64,000 nucleotides of DNA from Lama glama. Taxonomy: Eukaryota. The notes under the pieces are model-generated. The model saw only the letters and a list, made by a program, of their open reading frames with translations. It did no database searches and was not told the origin of the DNA. The position numbers and the translations under genes were made by a program. The stretch is taken from positions 16,804,001 to 16,868,000 of the forward strand of contig CM052832.1 in the NCBI GenBank assembly GCA_028534125.1, written 5' to 3'. Below, one piece after another: positions 25,206-36,223 of the stretch (position 1 is the first letter of the stretch; every line of letters starts with the position of its first letter).

Positions 25206-26139
25206 CCTCATGTTCTTTTTCATATTCTTTTTCATCATAGGTTATTACAAGCTGTTGAATATAGTTCCTTTGATTTTCTTTACTGACAGTAAATGCTGAC
25301 AATTTAATAACTTTGGAGGCCTTGTCAAAAGGTCCCTGGCATCAAAATGGCTGCATCATAATGCCATATGAGCTTCTAGGCAACCAGAGAGGTCAATAGA
25401 CAAATGTCTATAATATACTGTGTCTGGTGCTTCAAGAGATTTCTATACAAAGTAGATGGACTAATTCTGCATAAAGGAGTCATAGGCAGGGTTTTCCAGG
25501 AGGATGGAGAGGAAACAGCATGTGTTAATAGTCCAACGCATAAGAGTTTGGCATGAATGAGAAAAAGTACAACCCATACGCAGTGCCCTATCTCGGCGCA
25601 GGGAAAGCAATGGGGAACTTGAAAGAGAAGCCTGTAAAGTTGCCTGGATTCAGTTTAGGAAGCCACTGTCTGCCCCACTGGAGTTTGGAGGCACTAAAGC
25701 TAGTAACCCAGACACTGACTTGATCAGGTCCCTGGGGAGGCACAGAAGTTGGCCTGGAGGGAATAAAGTCAGGAAGTCTCTGTGGCCCAACCTTGTGATC
25801 ATTTCTGTTGAAATAAAGTGTGCCTTTCTGGTAGCGGATTGTTCTGAATACCAAAAGTAGGTATTCTGATTGTTCTGAATACCTTAAGTAACTAGATAAC
25901 TAGGTTATATGAGCCCTGAGGGTGGCTCACCTGCCCAGAACTTTGGGACCCTCTGTTTCTTTCCTGAGCTGGGGAACCCTGGCTCTCAAGCAACCTCATC
26001 ACTCAGGCTGCCAGGGTCAACACCAGTCACTGTGTTTGGGAGATGCAAACCCACGTAGTCAGGTCTGCAGTGGAGAAGATCATCAGTGCAAAGGGATGCA
26101 TGTTATTTTCAGCCTCCCCTTGGGAGCAATCCCTTTCCA

Positions 26140-27710
26140 TGAGTGGGATTTCCAACCCGGGGAAACAACTGACCAATAGTCTGGAAAGAGAAACTGTCAT
26201 AAAAGGGCCAGGGCTGCCCAGAGCCGGGATGACGGTAGCATGAGGTTCAGACACTTGAGGGAATACGTGAGGTGATGGAGAGAGAACATGAGGGAAAGCA
26301 GGGCCACCATCCAGCCAGGCCCAGCTTCCTTTTTCATGAGCTCATGGTCAAAGCCAGGCCAGACCAGGAGGGTGCCAGCGATTGAGTGAGCTTGTTTTTT
26401 CCCTAACTTGGTTCTGAGTCACACAGGGCATCTATCCTTCCCAGAAAACCGCCTCAGGGCTCACCCCCTGGCAGCCAGTCAAGCTCCAGTCTTAACACGC
26501 GATCCCCACTCTGCAGGCTGGGAGTTGGAAGCAGGCCAGCCCAGAGCACCGGCCCTGCCCCTCGGCCTCGCTGGGAGGGATCTGGGCCCCTCCTAACCTT
26601 CAAAGAAAAGTGCCTATGGCCTCAGCTTTGGAAATAGGAAAGAGGCACGTCTTACTTTTGAACACACAGGGGACGCTACTGAATCACAGAGCTCCAGGGG
26701 AGGGAGGCTTATTCAAGAGCCTTTAATCTATGCCCTAGACTTTACAGATCTACTCATTCATAAATGCAGGGTGTCTGAAAAGGCAGGACAAAAGGGGAAA
26801 TACTTTATTTGTTGTACTTCCTGCTTCCCCTCCCCCATGATTCTGCTTTGAATTAAATCTCAATCATATTCTCCAGTGCTGATTGTTGGAGCTGTCTACA
26901 GAGAGTTTCCCACATGAACAACTCTAATGTTAATTGAAGAGCCCTATGTTTCTAGTCTTTTCAGGCAGCCTGAATTGATCTAGACAAGGAAAACTGAACA
27001 ATGAGCAAGGTGGATAGAGTCCTGCCCTCAAGGAGTTATAATCTGATGGGAAGGAAACTGGCCAGAGGAAGGAGCCACTACACTGGGGTCCTAGGAAGCC
27101 AGTTTTGGCACAAGGACAGGGATTCTGGGACCTTTTCCCAGCTCCCTGCTCTCAGCAGCCTCCTGGGAAGTTAGACTGAACTGGGCTGAGCTGAGCTGAG
27201 CTACATCCAGGACAGGGGTTAACCATGTTCTTTTGTGACCTTGCTTTGGGGCTCCAGGCACCCTTGCCATAATTTTGCGTCAGAGAAAATGGCCAGAACC
27301 TGATCTTGGCCGTCCTCAGGCCCAAATGAAAGTATTTGGGGGTCATTTATTAATTTGCTATTAAGAACTCACCACCACCATCCCGCCCCCACGCCCCACC
27401 ATGCTTCTGGCAAGAATTGTTCTGGCTAGAATGTGTGTGTATGGGGGTCAGAGGAAGGATATTGAAAATCATTAGCATTGGTTGAACAAGAACTAGGAAT
27501 GCAGAAGTCTCTGCTTCTTTGGGGAAAAGAAAAAGCCACAAAACCTGCCTGAACTGGAGAAGGAGGGAAGGGAGGATGAAAAGAGAAAGAGAAATTGTGT
27601 CTCCTGATGATCTTAGCATGTGGAGGCTGTTTCCTCATCCTGGTCGCCGACTCCCGGGTCAGTTCACTGCTGCCCACATCTGCTCCAAAGCAGCCCCTCT
27701 TCCCAGAATC
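26140..27710. promoter_or_regulatory. Candidate inducible enhancer 6-8 kb upstream of IER3
   Basis: Mostly unique DNA carrying NF-kB-like TGGGATTTCC 26144-26153, AP-1 TGAGTCA 26415-26421, and STAT GAS TTCCCAGAA at 26438-26446 and 27700-27708. Confidence 0.45.
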
Positions 27711-27902
27711 GTAATAATGGCCACCGAAGAAAAGGCACCTACTTTGTGTCTATTCATATTCTTAATCTTTGCAAAGACCTTAAGGCCAATTGGCCCCCAT
27801 TTCAATTAAGGAAATGTTTTCAGAGAAGTTAAGTAGCTGGCCCAATACCTTGTAGTTGATAAGTAACAGAGCTGGGACTTAAACCTACTTTCCTCTAAAA
27901 TC

Positions 27903-28327
27903 TGTGAAATAAAATTCATAGTTTGAGGCAAGACAAGAAAAAATTAAAAATAAAAATTTTTTGTCTACCCTTTGGCTTCCTCTCTTTCAACACTGTGCAG
28001 TGGATATCTGCCTTATGCATAGACCAAACCTGCCCCATCGGCAAGAACACCTGGTCAAACAACAAGACAACGCCTCAGAAGATAACATTCCTTCCTGGTC
28101 TTGTGAAGGGTCACATGATGACACTTAGATCTGGACTGTGTAAACTGTCAGTAATACATCATTTGATGTACAGCCTTCTGTCTCAAAAAACTTCTACAAA
28201 TGTGCTCCTGGGTTCAACAGTTCTCAGAGCTTTCTGAGGTGCTTTTCCCGGGTTATAATCCTCAAATTTGGCTCGAATAAAATTTTCCATTTCTTTCTTA
28301 GATTGACAGGTTAATTTTTTGTCAACA
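27903..28327 (+). mobile_element. ERV solo LTR
   Basis: tgtgaaat...gtcaaca termini, AATAAA at ~28276; no clean TSD seen. Confidence 0.6.
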
Positions 28328-28869
28328 CACCACTAGATGATCATACACTCTTTTTGCCACCCCACGTTTCCTTTTGACCTCAACCCATCTCAACCAATAG
28401 TCATTGAGCATCTACTAATTGCCAGGTTCAGCTAAGAGCTTTCAGTTTTCATCCCTGACCCCAAGAACCAGGCTCCATCCCTCTGTCTCTGCTTCCCTTT
28501 CACAGAAACGCCCACTCCCAAATATCTGTCTCCCTCTCTCCTGCCCATTCTGGCTCCTTCCCATGACCTTTGTCCCCTGTTCTAGCCTGTGACTAGCAAT
28601 ACAGCAGTATTTCAGGTGGGGTGGTGGGCATGACTCACTCTTATGTCACTTATGAAGGGTGAGGGCCAAGGCTTTGCCATCTGCCACCTGGACAGGTACT
28701 CCTGATTCAATGGCAGATCACCCTGACCCACAGCTGAGCATCCCCCAATATCCTCTCTGAAGAGGAAGTGTAGGGGCCTCTGAAGAGTCAAAGAGACACA
28801 GCTGGATAAACAGACGCCTCTGGGGTTGAGGGGTAGCTCCTCAGAGGAGGTGGCTTTAAGAATATTCAT

Positions 28870-29580
28870 TAAGGGACACTTGTATACAGTTGGTGGGAAT
28901 GTAAACTGGAGCAGCCACTGTGGAAAACAGTATGGAGGTTCCTCAAAGCCTGAAACTAGAGCTACCATATGATTCAGCAATTCCACTCCTAGGTATATAT
29001 CCAAATAAAACAAAAACACCAATTTGAAAAGATACATGCACCTCAGTGATCATAGCAGCATTATTTCCAATTGCCAAGATATGGAAGCAACCTAAGTGTC
29101 AACAGATGAATGGATAAAGATGTGATATGTATACTCAGTCATAAAAAAGAATGAAATTTTGCCATTTGCAACAATGTGGATGGATCTAGAGAGTATCATG
29201 CTTAGTGAAATCTCAGACAGAAAGACAAGTACTCTATATTATCACTTATATGCAAAACCTAAAAAATTAAATATATATGTATATAATAATATATATAACA
29301 AAACAGAAACAGACTCACAGACATAGAGACCAAACTAGTGGTTACCAGAGGGGAGAGGTAAAGGGAAGGGGCACGACAGGGGTATGGGATTAAGAGATAC
29401 AGGTTACTACGTGTACAATAGTTAAGTGACAAGGGTATATTACATAGCACAGGGACATACAGCCATTATTTGTAATAATTTTAAATGGATTATAACCTAT
29501 TAAATTGTTGAATCACTATGTTGTATACTGGAAACTTATACAATACTGTAAATAAACTATACTTCATTTTAAAAATATTT
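28870..29580 (+). mobile_element. L1 3' end
   Basis: ggtgggaatgtaaactggagcagccactgtggaaaacagtatggaggttcctcaaa...gtaaataaactatacttc. Confidence 0.9.
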
Positions 29581-30853
29581 ATTTATTAAAGCCCCTACTA
29601 GGTCAAAGGCCAAGGACTAGAGAAACCACAGAGATACCACGAGGACAAGGGCGGATGTGGTCTTGTATACACGTGGAGATGATATTCCAGTGGGGGACAC
29701 ACACAACATCAAAAAGTAAACAAATGCATAAAATGGTTTCTTACTGTGGTGAGCCTTAGGAAGAAAACAAACAAGGGGCTAAGAGAAAGATTAGTAGGAG
29801 GTCAGAACACAGGTCAAGGAAGGGAATGAAGGAAACATGGTGATCTCGGGCAGATGGGGAGGAAATGAGGGCTGGAACGGGAAAGCGGCAAAAGTCTTTC
29901 CCCAGGATTAGGGCAGTGAGAACCGGTGCAGCTGTTGGTCCCACCCGCTGGCCCTTTCTGGCCTTAAGTCACTCCTCATCCCTCACCCCCGCACCCTTTC
30001 ATTGGCTTAATGATTCACTCTCAACTTTCCCCAGTTTCCTGTGTGGCAGGGAGGGGCAGAGCCTTGGCGCTCCGAGGGTCCCAGGAATGGGAGTGGGATT
30101 GGTTGAGAAGGAATGGTGAGCCATCTGGGCTCTCTGCTTCTTCTCTTGGTCCCACTCTGGCCTTGTCACAAATAAAGTTCTCTCTGTGCCAGGAGGACAG
30201 TGAGGATAACTAGGTCCAGCTGGAAGCCAAGCTCCAGATGTGGGAGGTAGTGCGAAATGGGAGCCTGACACCCCCTTCATTTCCCCTCCCCTGCCTAATG
30301 CCCTGGAGAAATTTTCCATCATAAACAAGTTATGCAGTGCTGACCTTGGGTGCCTTGCCCCCTCTCCCACCAAGCAATTTTCTTCCATCTTCACTATCTT
30401 CCCCCATCACCAGTTTATGTCTGTGTGAGCCTGTGGGCCTGTCCACACATGTAAATCGACCCATATTTATGTTGATCGCTGTGTGGTGTGCAGGTGGCCT
30501 TGGCTTAAGGGTGGAGGTAAGTGTGTAGTCTCACTGGGCTTGGGTGTAAAAGGCAGGTGTGGGAGAGGACTGTGCCTTTGTTTGTAAAGGAGATGTGTTT
30601 TATGCCTCATCAGGAAGAAGTGTGTAATGCTGAAAGATTCTCAAGCGTTTAGACAGGAGTAGTGGGTGTAAAATGAAGCAACATATAAGTCCAGGAAGCA
30701 ATAGTGTATATAGTATTTATGACGATAATATGTCTCTTTATAACCCAGTTGTGGGCTGTCTCCTTATGTACATGTCCACACATCCTTGGTTGAGAAATGC
30801 CTTCAAGGGTTCCTTGTTTGGTGTCTGTGTGAGACTTGTCCCAGTTTTTCTCT

Positions 30854-30981
30854 TTTTTTGGGGGGGGTGTTAATTAAGTTTATTTATTTATTTATTTTTA
30901 ATGGAGGGACTGGAGATTGAACCCAGGACCTCGTGCATGCTAAGCATACGCTCTACCACTTCAGCTATACCCTACCCCCTC
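30854..30981 (-). mobile_element. Vic-1-like SINE
   Basis: gattgaacccaggacctcgtgcatgctaagcatacgctctaccacttcagctatacc. Confidence 0.85.
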
Positions 30982-31689
30982 CTCAGCTTTTCTTATGATG
31001 TTGTAAATTTGGATGTGTGATTTGAAGGAGTGTATGTATGTCTCAAAAGCTTGGGTTGATCTAGCCAGTGTGTGAAGACTATATGTGCAGTTACCATTCT
31101 GCATTTTCATCTTTTATCTATCAAGATTATGGAAAAACTCCTACATGCAAGGCAGATTGCAAGATTCTACAGAAGACACAAAGACATGTGACAGAGCCTC
31201 TAATGGAAGAGGTCATACATGTGCTCGTCCTGAGCACCAGGCATAAATGTGATCTGGTGCAAGGCTCTGTGCCAGATGCATCCCACATCTAAGGAGTTAG
31301 CTCTGACCCCTCCATCCTCTTGCTGTCAGCAGCCCTCCTCCACACTCCCTGACCCTAATGATATCCATCTTATCACTAAATCCTGGTCATCTTATGCTAC
31401 GAATGTTTCTTAGAGACATCCCTTCTCTTGGTTCCCTGTGTCACAGCCCATTTCAGAACCTTGCTTCCTTCTACCAGAACCTCTCTAGTAGTATACTGTC
31501 TCTGCTTCAGTGTCTCCCCATCCAGGGCATATTTTTCATCCCACTCAATTCCCAGCTTTGAACTTGCCCTCCTTTGATGTCACCTTATGACCCACAAGCT
31601 CCCCAGTCTAGAGTCAAACCCAGTCTCCTGGCCTGCCAGCCAAGCTCTCCCCACTGCCCAATTCCTTTCCAGCCATCATCACTTTCCAC

Positions 31690-32192
31690 TGTTGTTGAAC
31701 CCCAATTTGCATACCTGATGCACACTGAGGGCAAACTAAAATGTCAGAGTCAAGCAGAGAAAGATTTTTTGCAAGCACCAAGCAAGGAGAAGGGGCAGTT
31801 TGTGCTCAAAACCCCAAACTCCTGATAGGTGATGGGGAAGAGTTTTTAAAGGCAAAATTTGAGGTGAGGGCAGCAGGGTATGTGACTCTCTTCTGATTGA
31901 TTGGTGATGAAGTAACAGGACGGTGTTCCAGAAATCTTGTGCTCAGCATGGAGTTGCCCTCCTCCACCGGTGGGGGCCTTAGTTCCTGCAGAAGAACTCA
32001 AAGATATTATGTATCTTTCATAAAGGGGAACCAGTCCTTTATCTGCACTATTATTTCTTGGCTGTTCCTCTTTGTTTTTGCATTCTCTTCCTTCCCTTAT
32101 TAGTAAGAGTTGGAATCTACTCTGGAACCCAGGGAAAGTCTAGGAGGCTGAAGTCTTTTTCTGAGGGCCCCACAGGGTCCTGATGGGTTTCA
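31690..32192 (-). mobile_element. ERV solo LTR
   Basis: TG...CA termini with a perfect 4-bp TSD ccac (31686-31689 / 32193-32196). Orientation is inferred. Confidence 0.7.
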
Positions 32193-32414
32193 CCACTACT
32201 CCTTTACGGGAAACTTACCCTGAGATTGTTTTTCTTGTGATTCCCCAAACACATCCTGTACTTTTCCAGCTCAAGGCCTTTGCTGATTCCATTCTCTTTC
32301 TCAGTCATCTTCCACATCTGACTGTGTGGTATCCCACCCACTATTCAAGGTCATCTCCAATGCCATTCTTCCCTGAAGCCTCGCCTGACTCTTTGCTTGT
32401 TTTGTTTGGTTTTC

Positions 32415-32560
32415 TTTTCTTTTTTTTTTTCTTCTTTTTTATGGGGGGGGATAATTAGGCTTATTCATTGATTTCTGCTTGGAGGAGGTACTGGGGATTG
32501 AACCCAAGACCTCTTGCATTCTGAGCCTGTGCCCTACCACTTGTGCTATACCCTTCCCCC
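32415..32560 (-). mobile_element. Vic-1-like SINE
   Basis: Poly-T followed by ggaggtactggggattgaacccaagacctc..gctataccct. Confidence 0.85.
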
Positions 32561-33045
32561 TCATCTGATTGATTAGACAGACAGGAACAGTAGCTCGACT
32601 AGGTCCCCCAACACTTAGTCTTCTGTTTTCTTGGAAACTGTGGTGCCCACTGTTTCTGGCTGGTGGCTCTCAGCAGCATACACACTGAAACCCACCTCAG
32701 TATTCTCTACGGGACCTTTTAAACAGGGTGCCTTGCCCCGGTGAATGCTCAAAAGTTGTTAAATTCTGTGCCATGAGCAGCTGTTTCTAAGGCAGTTAGG
32801 GAGAGGTGTCAATTTCTCTTGAGTTATTATCACCGCATTTGCCTAATGTCTCATAGTTTAAATGTTCTTTTTGTAAGTTTTGATAGTTGATCCAGACCAT
32901 GGGGGACAAAAAGGAGGTGGCTGCTAACTTCTTGCCTTGGTATTTTGTGGTCCTCTGCTCCAGGCATGTATCAACATTTCTGTACATTGCTGGGTTGCCC
33001 CTGTGCCATCTCTGCACCTTTGTTCCGTGTGTGTGAAGTTCATAA

Positions 33046-33486
33046 TGAAGGGGAATATGGCAGAATAGGCCACCCTACAATGTGCACTTTGGCATGTGGA
33101 TTATTTTGAGCTGAAGGCAGTCAAGACCCAGCAGACTCAGGAAAAGCGTTTTACCTCTCCCTTAACTGCCTACATAATTTAAGTAGGGGACCTGGCCCAG
33201 AGAGAGATGCTTGGCAGGGCAACCATTTAATTACCCAACACCTGCTCTTCTCAGCCTTCTGTCAAGTACCCACCTCCCCTTCAAGCTCCAGGCCCGAGTC
33301 TCATTCCTTAGCTCAGGAAGGTATATAAGCGTCAATTGCCAGACCGACTTTGAGTCTTAAGTCTTCATGGGCTCCTGCAAGTCTGCAATTAAATGTTTTT
33401 TCCAGTTACTCTGTCCTGTATCAATTTAATTATTAGACCAGCCAAAGAAACTAGAATAAAGAAGGGGAAATTTTTCTGCCTCTACA
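33046..33486 (+). mobile_element. ERV1 solo LTR (MER34-like) ~550 bp upstream of the IER3 ATG
   Basis: tgaagggg...gccaccctacaatgtgcactttggcatgtggattattttgagctgaaggca...gtatataag...ctgcctctaca. Confidence 0.65.
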
Positions 33487-33775
33487 AGGTGGTGTGTGTG
33501 TGCGTGCGCTAAAGCAGGCAGGGTTCTCTGTGTGCTAGTGTGTTTGTTTCTCTTAGGCTTCATGGCTATTTCTGTAATGACTTCTCTCTTACACTGTGTG
33601 TTTTCTGTGTCCCTACAAATGTCTGAATGTGTGTGTGTGTGTGACTGGTTCCTGGACTTAGCTGGTCAGTGTTGCACCAGGGTGGCCAGACTTCCTTCTG
33701 TAAGCTGTCCTGCCTCCCAAAGATGGGGCTTGTGGCAGAAACACTTCAAACGGTCTGTGGGCCCCTCTCCAGCTG

Positions 33776-33911
33776 CCACATGTCCCGACATGTGCCCGCA
33801 GCCCGGGATTTCACCCGCCTCCACTCACAACTCACACAACACATACTTGAGCGCCTACCGTTGCGCTGGCCAAGTCTCCACCCCCATCTTTGCTTAATCT
33901 TCGGAATTTCC
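33776..33911 (+). promoter_or_regulatory. IER3: IER3 proximal promoter (p53, C/EBP and NF-kB elements)
   Basis: Tandem p53 half-sites CCACATGTCC-CGACATGTGC 33776-33795; TTGCTTAAT 33890-33898; kB site CGGAATTTCC 33902-33911. IER3 is an established p53 and NF-kB target. Confidence 0.8.
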
Positions 33912-34037
33912 AGCCGGCCAGCCAACCGCTCCCAGCCGCGGGTGGAGTTGAGAAGGACCCGCCCAGTTCTCGGGGTGCTTAACTAGCTCTGCAGGGCTGC
34001 GGGTCCCCACTCATCCGTGTGCTCAGCTCAGCGCACC

Positions 34038-34601
34038 ATGTGTCACTCTCGCAGCTCCCTCCCGACCATGACCGTCCTGCGGGCCCCGACCCCGGTCCCC
34101 TCCACCAGCCCGGGACCCCGGAGGGGCTCCGGTCCTGAGATCTTCACCTTCGACCCTCTCCCAGAGCCCGCGGTGGCACCCGCTGCGCGCCCCAGCGCCT
34201 CCCGCGGGCACCGAAAGCGCAGCCGTAGGGTCCTGTACCCACGAGTGGTGAGTGTCGCCGAAGTGGACAGCCCGGGGGAAGAGCGGGGTGAACCACCGGA
34301 CGCCTGGGCCCTGACCTGTTCCCTTTGTTGTCCCCCCTCTCAGGTCCGGCGCCAGCTGCCAGTCGAGGATCCGAACCCTGCCAAAAGGCTGCTCTTTCTC
34401 CTGCTCACCATCATCTTCTGCCAGATCCTGACGGCTGAAGAGAGTGTGTCGACACCCCTGGCCCAGGAGGACACCCCCAGCGCCCCGTCTCCCGCACCCA
34501 CCGCTGCGCCCCCGGTCGAGCCCCTTAATCTGACCTCGGAGCCCTCAGACTACGCTTTGGACCTCAGCACTTTTCTCCAGCAACACCCGGCCGCCTTCTA
34601 A
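34038..34601 (+). CDS. IER3: Immediate early response 3 (IEX-1), 155 aa; exons 34038-34247 and 34344-34601
   Basis: [19 protein letters not shown]...[12 protein letters not shown]...[41 protein letters not shown]...[14 protein letters not shown]. 96-nt GT-AG intron; Kozak caccATG. Confidence 0.97.
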   Translation: MCHSRSSLPTMTVLRAPTPVPSTSPGPRRGSGPEIFTFDPLPEPAVAPAARPSASRGHRKRSRRVLYPRVVSVAEVDSPGEERGEPPDAWALTCSLCCPPSQVRRQLPVEDPNPAKRLLFLLLTIIFCQILTAEESVSTPLAQEDTPSAPSPAPTAAPPVEPLNLTSEPSDYALDLSTFLQQHPAAF

Positions 34602-34796
34602 TTGGGGCTCTTCGTACTCCCAAAAGAATTCGAAGAACCAAAGAAACACTGGGTGTACCTGGTGCGCGAGAGCGTATCCCAAACTGGGACTCCCGAGGCA
34701 ACTCACACTCAGAACACTACAGCGGTGACGCCAGCCCGAGCCTGGGAGAGACAGGCACCGACACGCCAGGGCTAGGCCAGATCGTGAAAGAGCGTC

Positions 34797-35257
34797 GTTA
34801 ATTTATTTCTCATTGCTTCTAATAATATTTATATGTATTTATGTATGTCCCCCAGGTGATGGAGGGGTGTTTGTAATATTTATTTTAACTTATGCAGGGG
34901 TGCGAGATGTGCCCCCTGCTGCAAGTGCAGATCTCTGGGTATTTATAGAGTTCTGTGGGATTGGTGGAGGCTGGCCCCAGAACGGAGCGAAGCAGGGAAG
35001 AGGGATGAACAGGACCCGGGTCCGGGAGGGCGCCGGGGCTGGAAGTCAAGAATGGTGGTGGGTGGTGGGTTTAGCGGGTGACACTCGGTCCTCCAGCATC
35101 TCAACTCGCGAGTCTACTGTGCGACGCTTCGGCGGACCGCTGGGAATAAGGTCCTTGGCCTTCGATCTCGGAGTTGCCCCCAAGGGGTGGCTGAGGGATC
35201 GGTGGGCTGTCAGGGCGGCTGTGGGGTCGCCCAGTATGTTCTGTGAACACAAATAAA
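34797..35257 (+). promoter_or_regulatory. IER3: IER3 3'UTR decay elements and poly(A) signal
   Basis: Several ATTTA pentamers at ~34800-34890; CDE-type stem-loop TGTTC-TGT-GAACA 35237-35249; AATAAA 35252-35257. Confidence 0.8.
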
Positions 35258-35479
35258 CTTGATTAACTGTCAGCAGTTCTGTGAGTCTCTCTTTGCAAGC
35301 GGCGATTCCCCACTCCTTGCCTTCAGGCGCCAGGGCCAGGCTGGAGCAGCCGTGACCAAGTCCCCAGCGTGCGCTCCTCCCCTGGCTTGCCAGAGTCACG
35401 GAACCCAGCATCTGGTGACCGGACGCTGTGGTTCGTTGCCCAGTTCGTGGTTTTCCCAGTTCTCGCAGGGCAAATCCAA

Positions 35480-36209
35480 GATGAGTCGGTCTCCCTTGCC
35501 CCGGGTTGCGCGACACACGGAGGTCACGTCCCGCGCGACTGGGCGGGGCGTGGGACGGCCTGGGCGGAGCTCCCGGTCTGGGAAGGGCGGTGAAACGGAG
35601 CCCCAGCCCCCACCCTCCCCCTTTCCCCTGTGGGCCTGGCGGGCTGCGGACCAGAGCAGGGCCTGCCGGGAAAGGGGCGGGCCGAGCGCGCGGGGCCGAG
35701 GGGTGGGTTGGTCCGCCGCGGGGGGCGGGGTTGCGTTTGCCGCAGCAACAGGGTGCGGCCCGGTGGGGGGCGCGGGTGCCAGCGCGGGGCCAGCTTCCAG
35801 GAAGGTGGTCCGCGAGCGGCCCCCTGCTCACCTTCCAGGTCCCCCGCGCGTCCCCGGCCCTGCCCAGGACCCCCGCCTGGCCGCCGCCCGCGTCCGGGAA
35901 GGTAGATGGGGGAGGGGAGATGGCTGCGGAGGAGCAGGGAGGGGGACGCAAGGGTCTGGGGGCCTCTAGGGGCCAGAGAGTTTTTATCAGATAAGGGAGA
36001 AACCGTTGTCACTGAAGGCGGGGACGCGGCAAGGGGCAGCGAGGTCTGCGAAATTTCGCCGGGGAAAGCCTTAGCGGATCCATGGGTGCGGAAAGGACGG
36101 GGCCGCGGTGGCTGCAGACTGGGTGGGACTGACGAGAAAAGGAAAGGGTTCATTTCTGTGGACGCCACGGCGCCGCTTTCCGTCCGCAAAGGCTTTCTCT
36201 CTCCTCCAG
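35480..36209 (+). promoter_or_regulatory. FLOT1: FLOT1 CpG-island promoter and non-coding exon 1 (donor after 35901)
   Basis: Very high GC and CpG, multiple GGGCGG boxes, gggaag|gtagat donor, and acceptor ctcctccag at 36209 before the ATG exon. Confidence 0.75.
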
Positions 36210-36223
36210 CTCCAACCTGAGCC

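Noticed and set aside
25838..25884. Repeated 16-mer gattgttctgaatacc, 31 bp apart
   Set aside because: Only two copies, so a simple local tandem duplication and not a CRISPR-like array.
27176..27203. GAGCT/GGGCT pentamers resembling immunoglobulin switch repeats
   Set aside because: Under 30 bp; an ordinary microsatellite.
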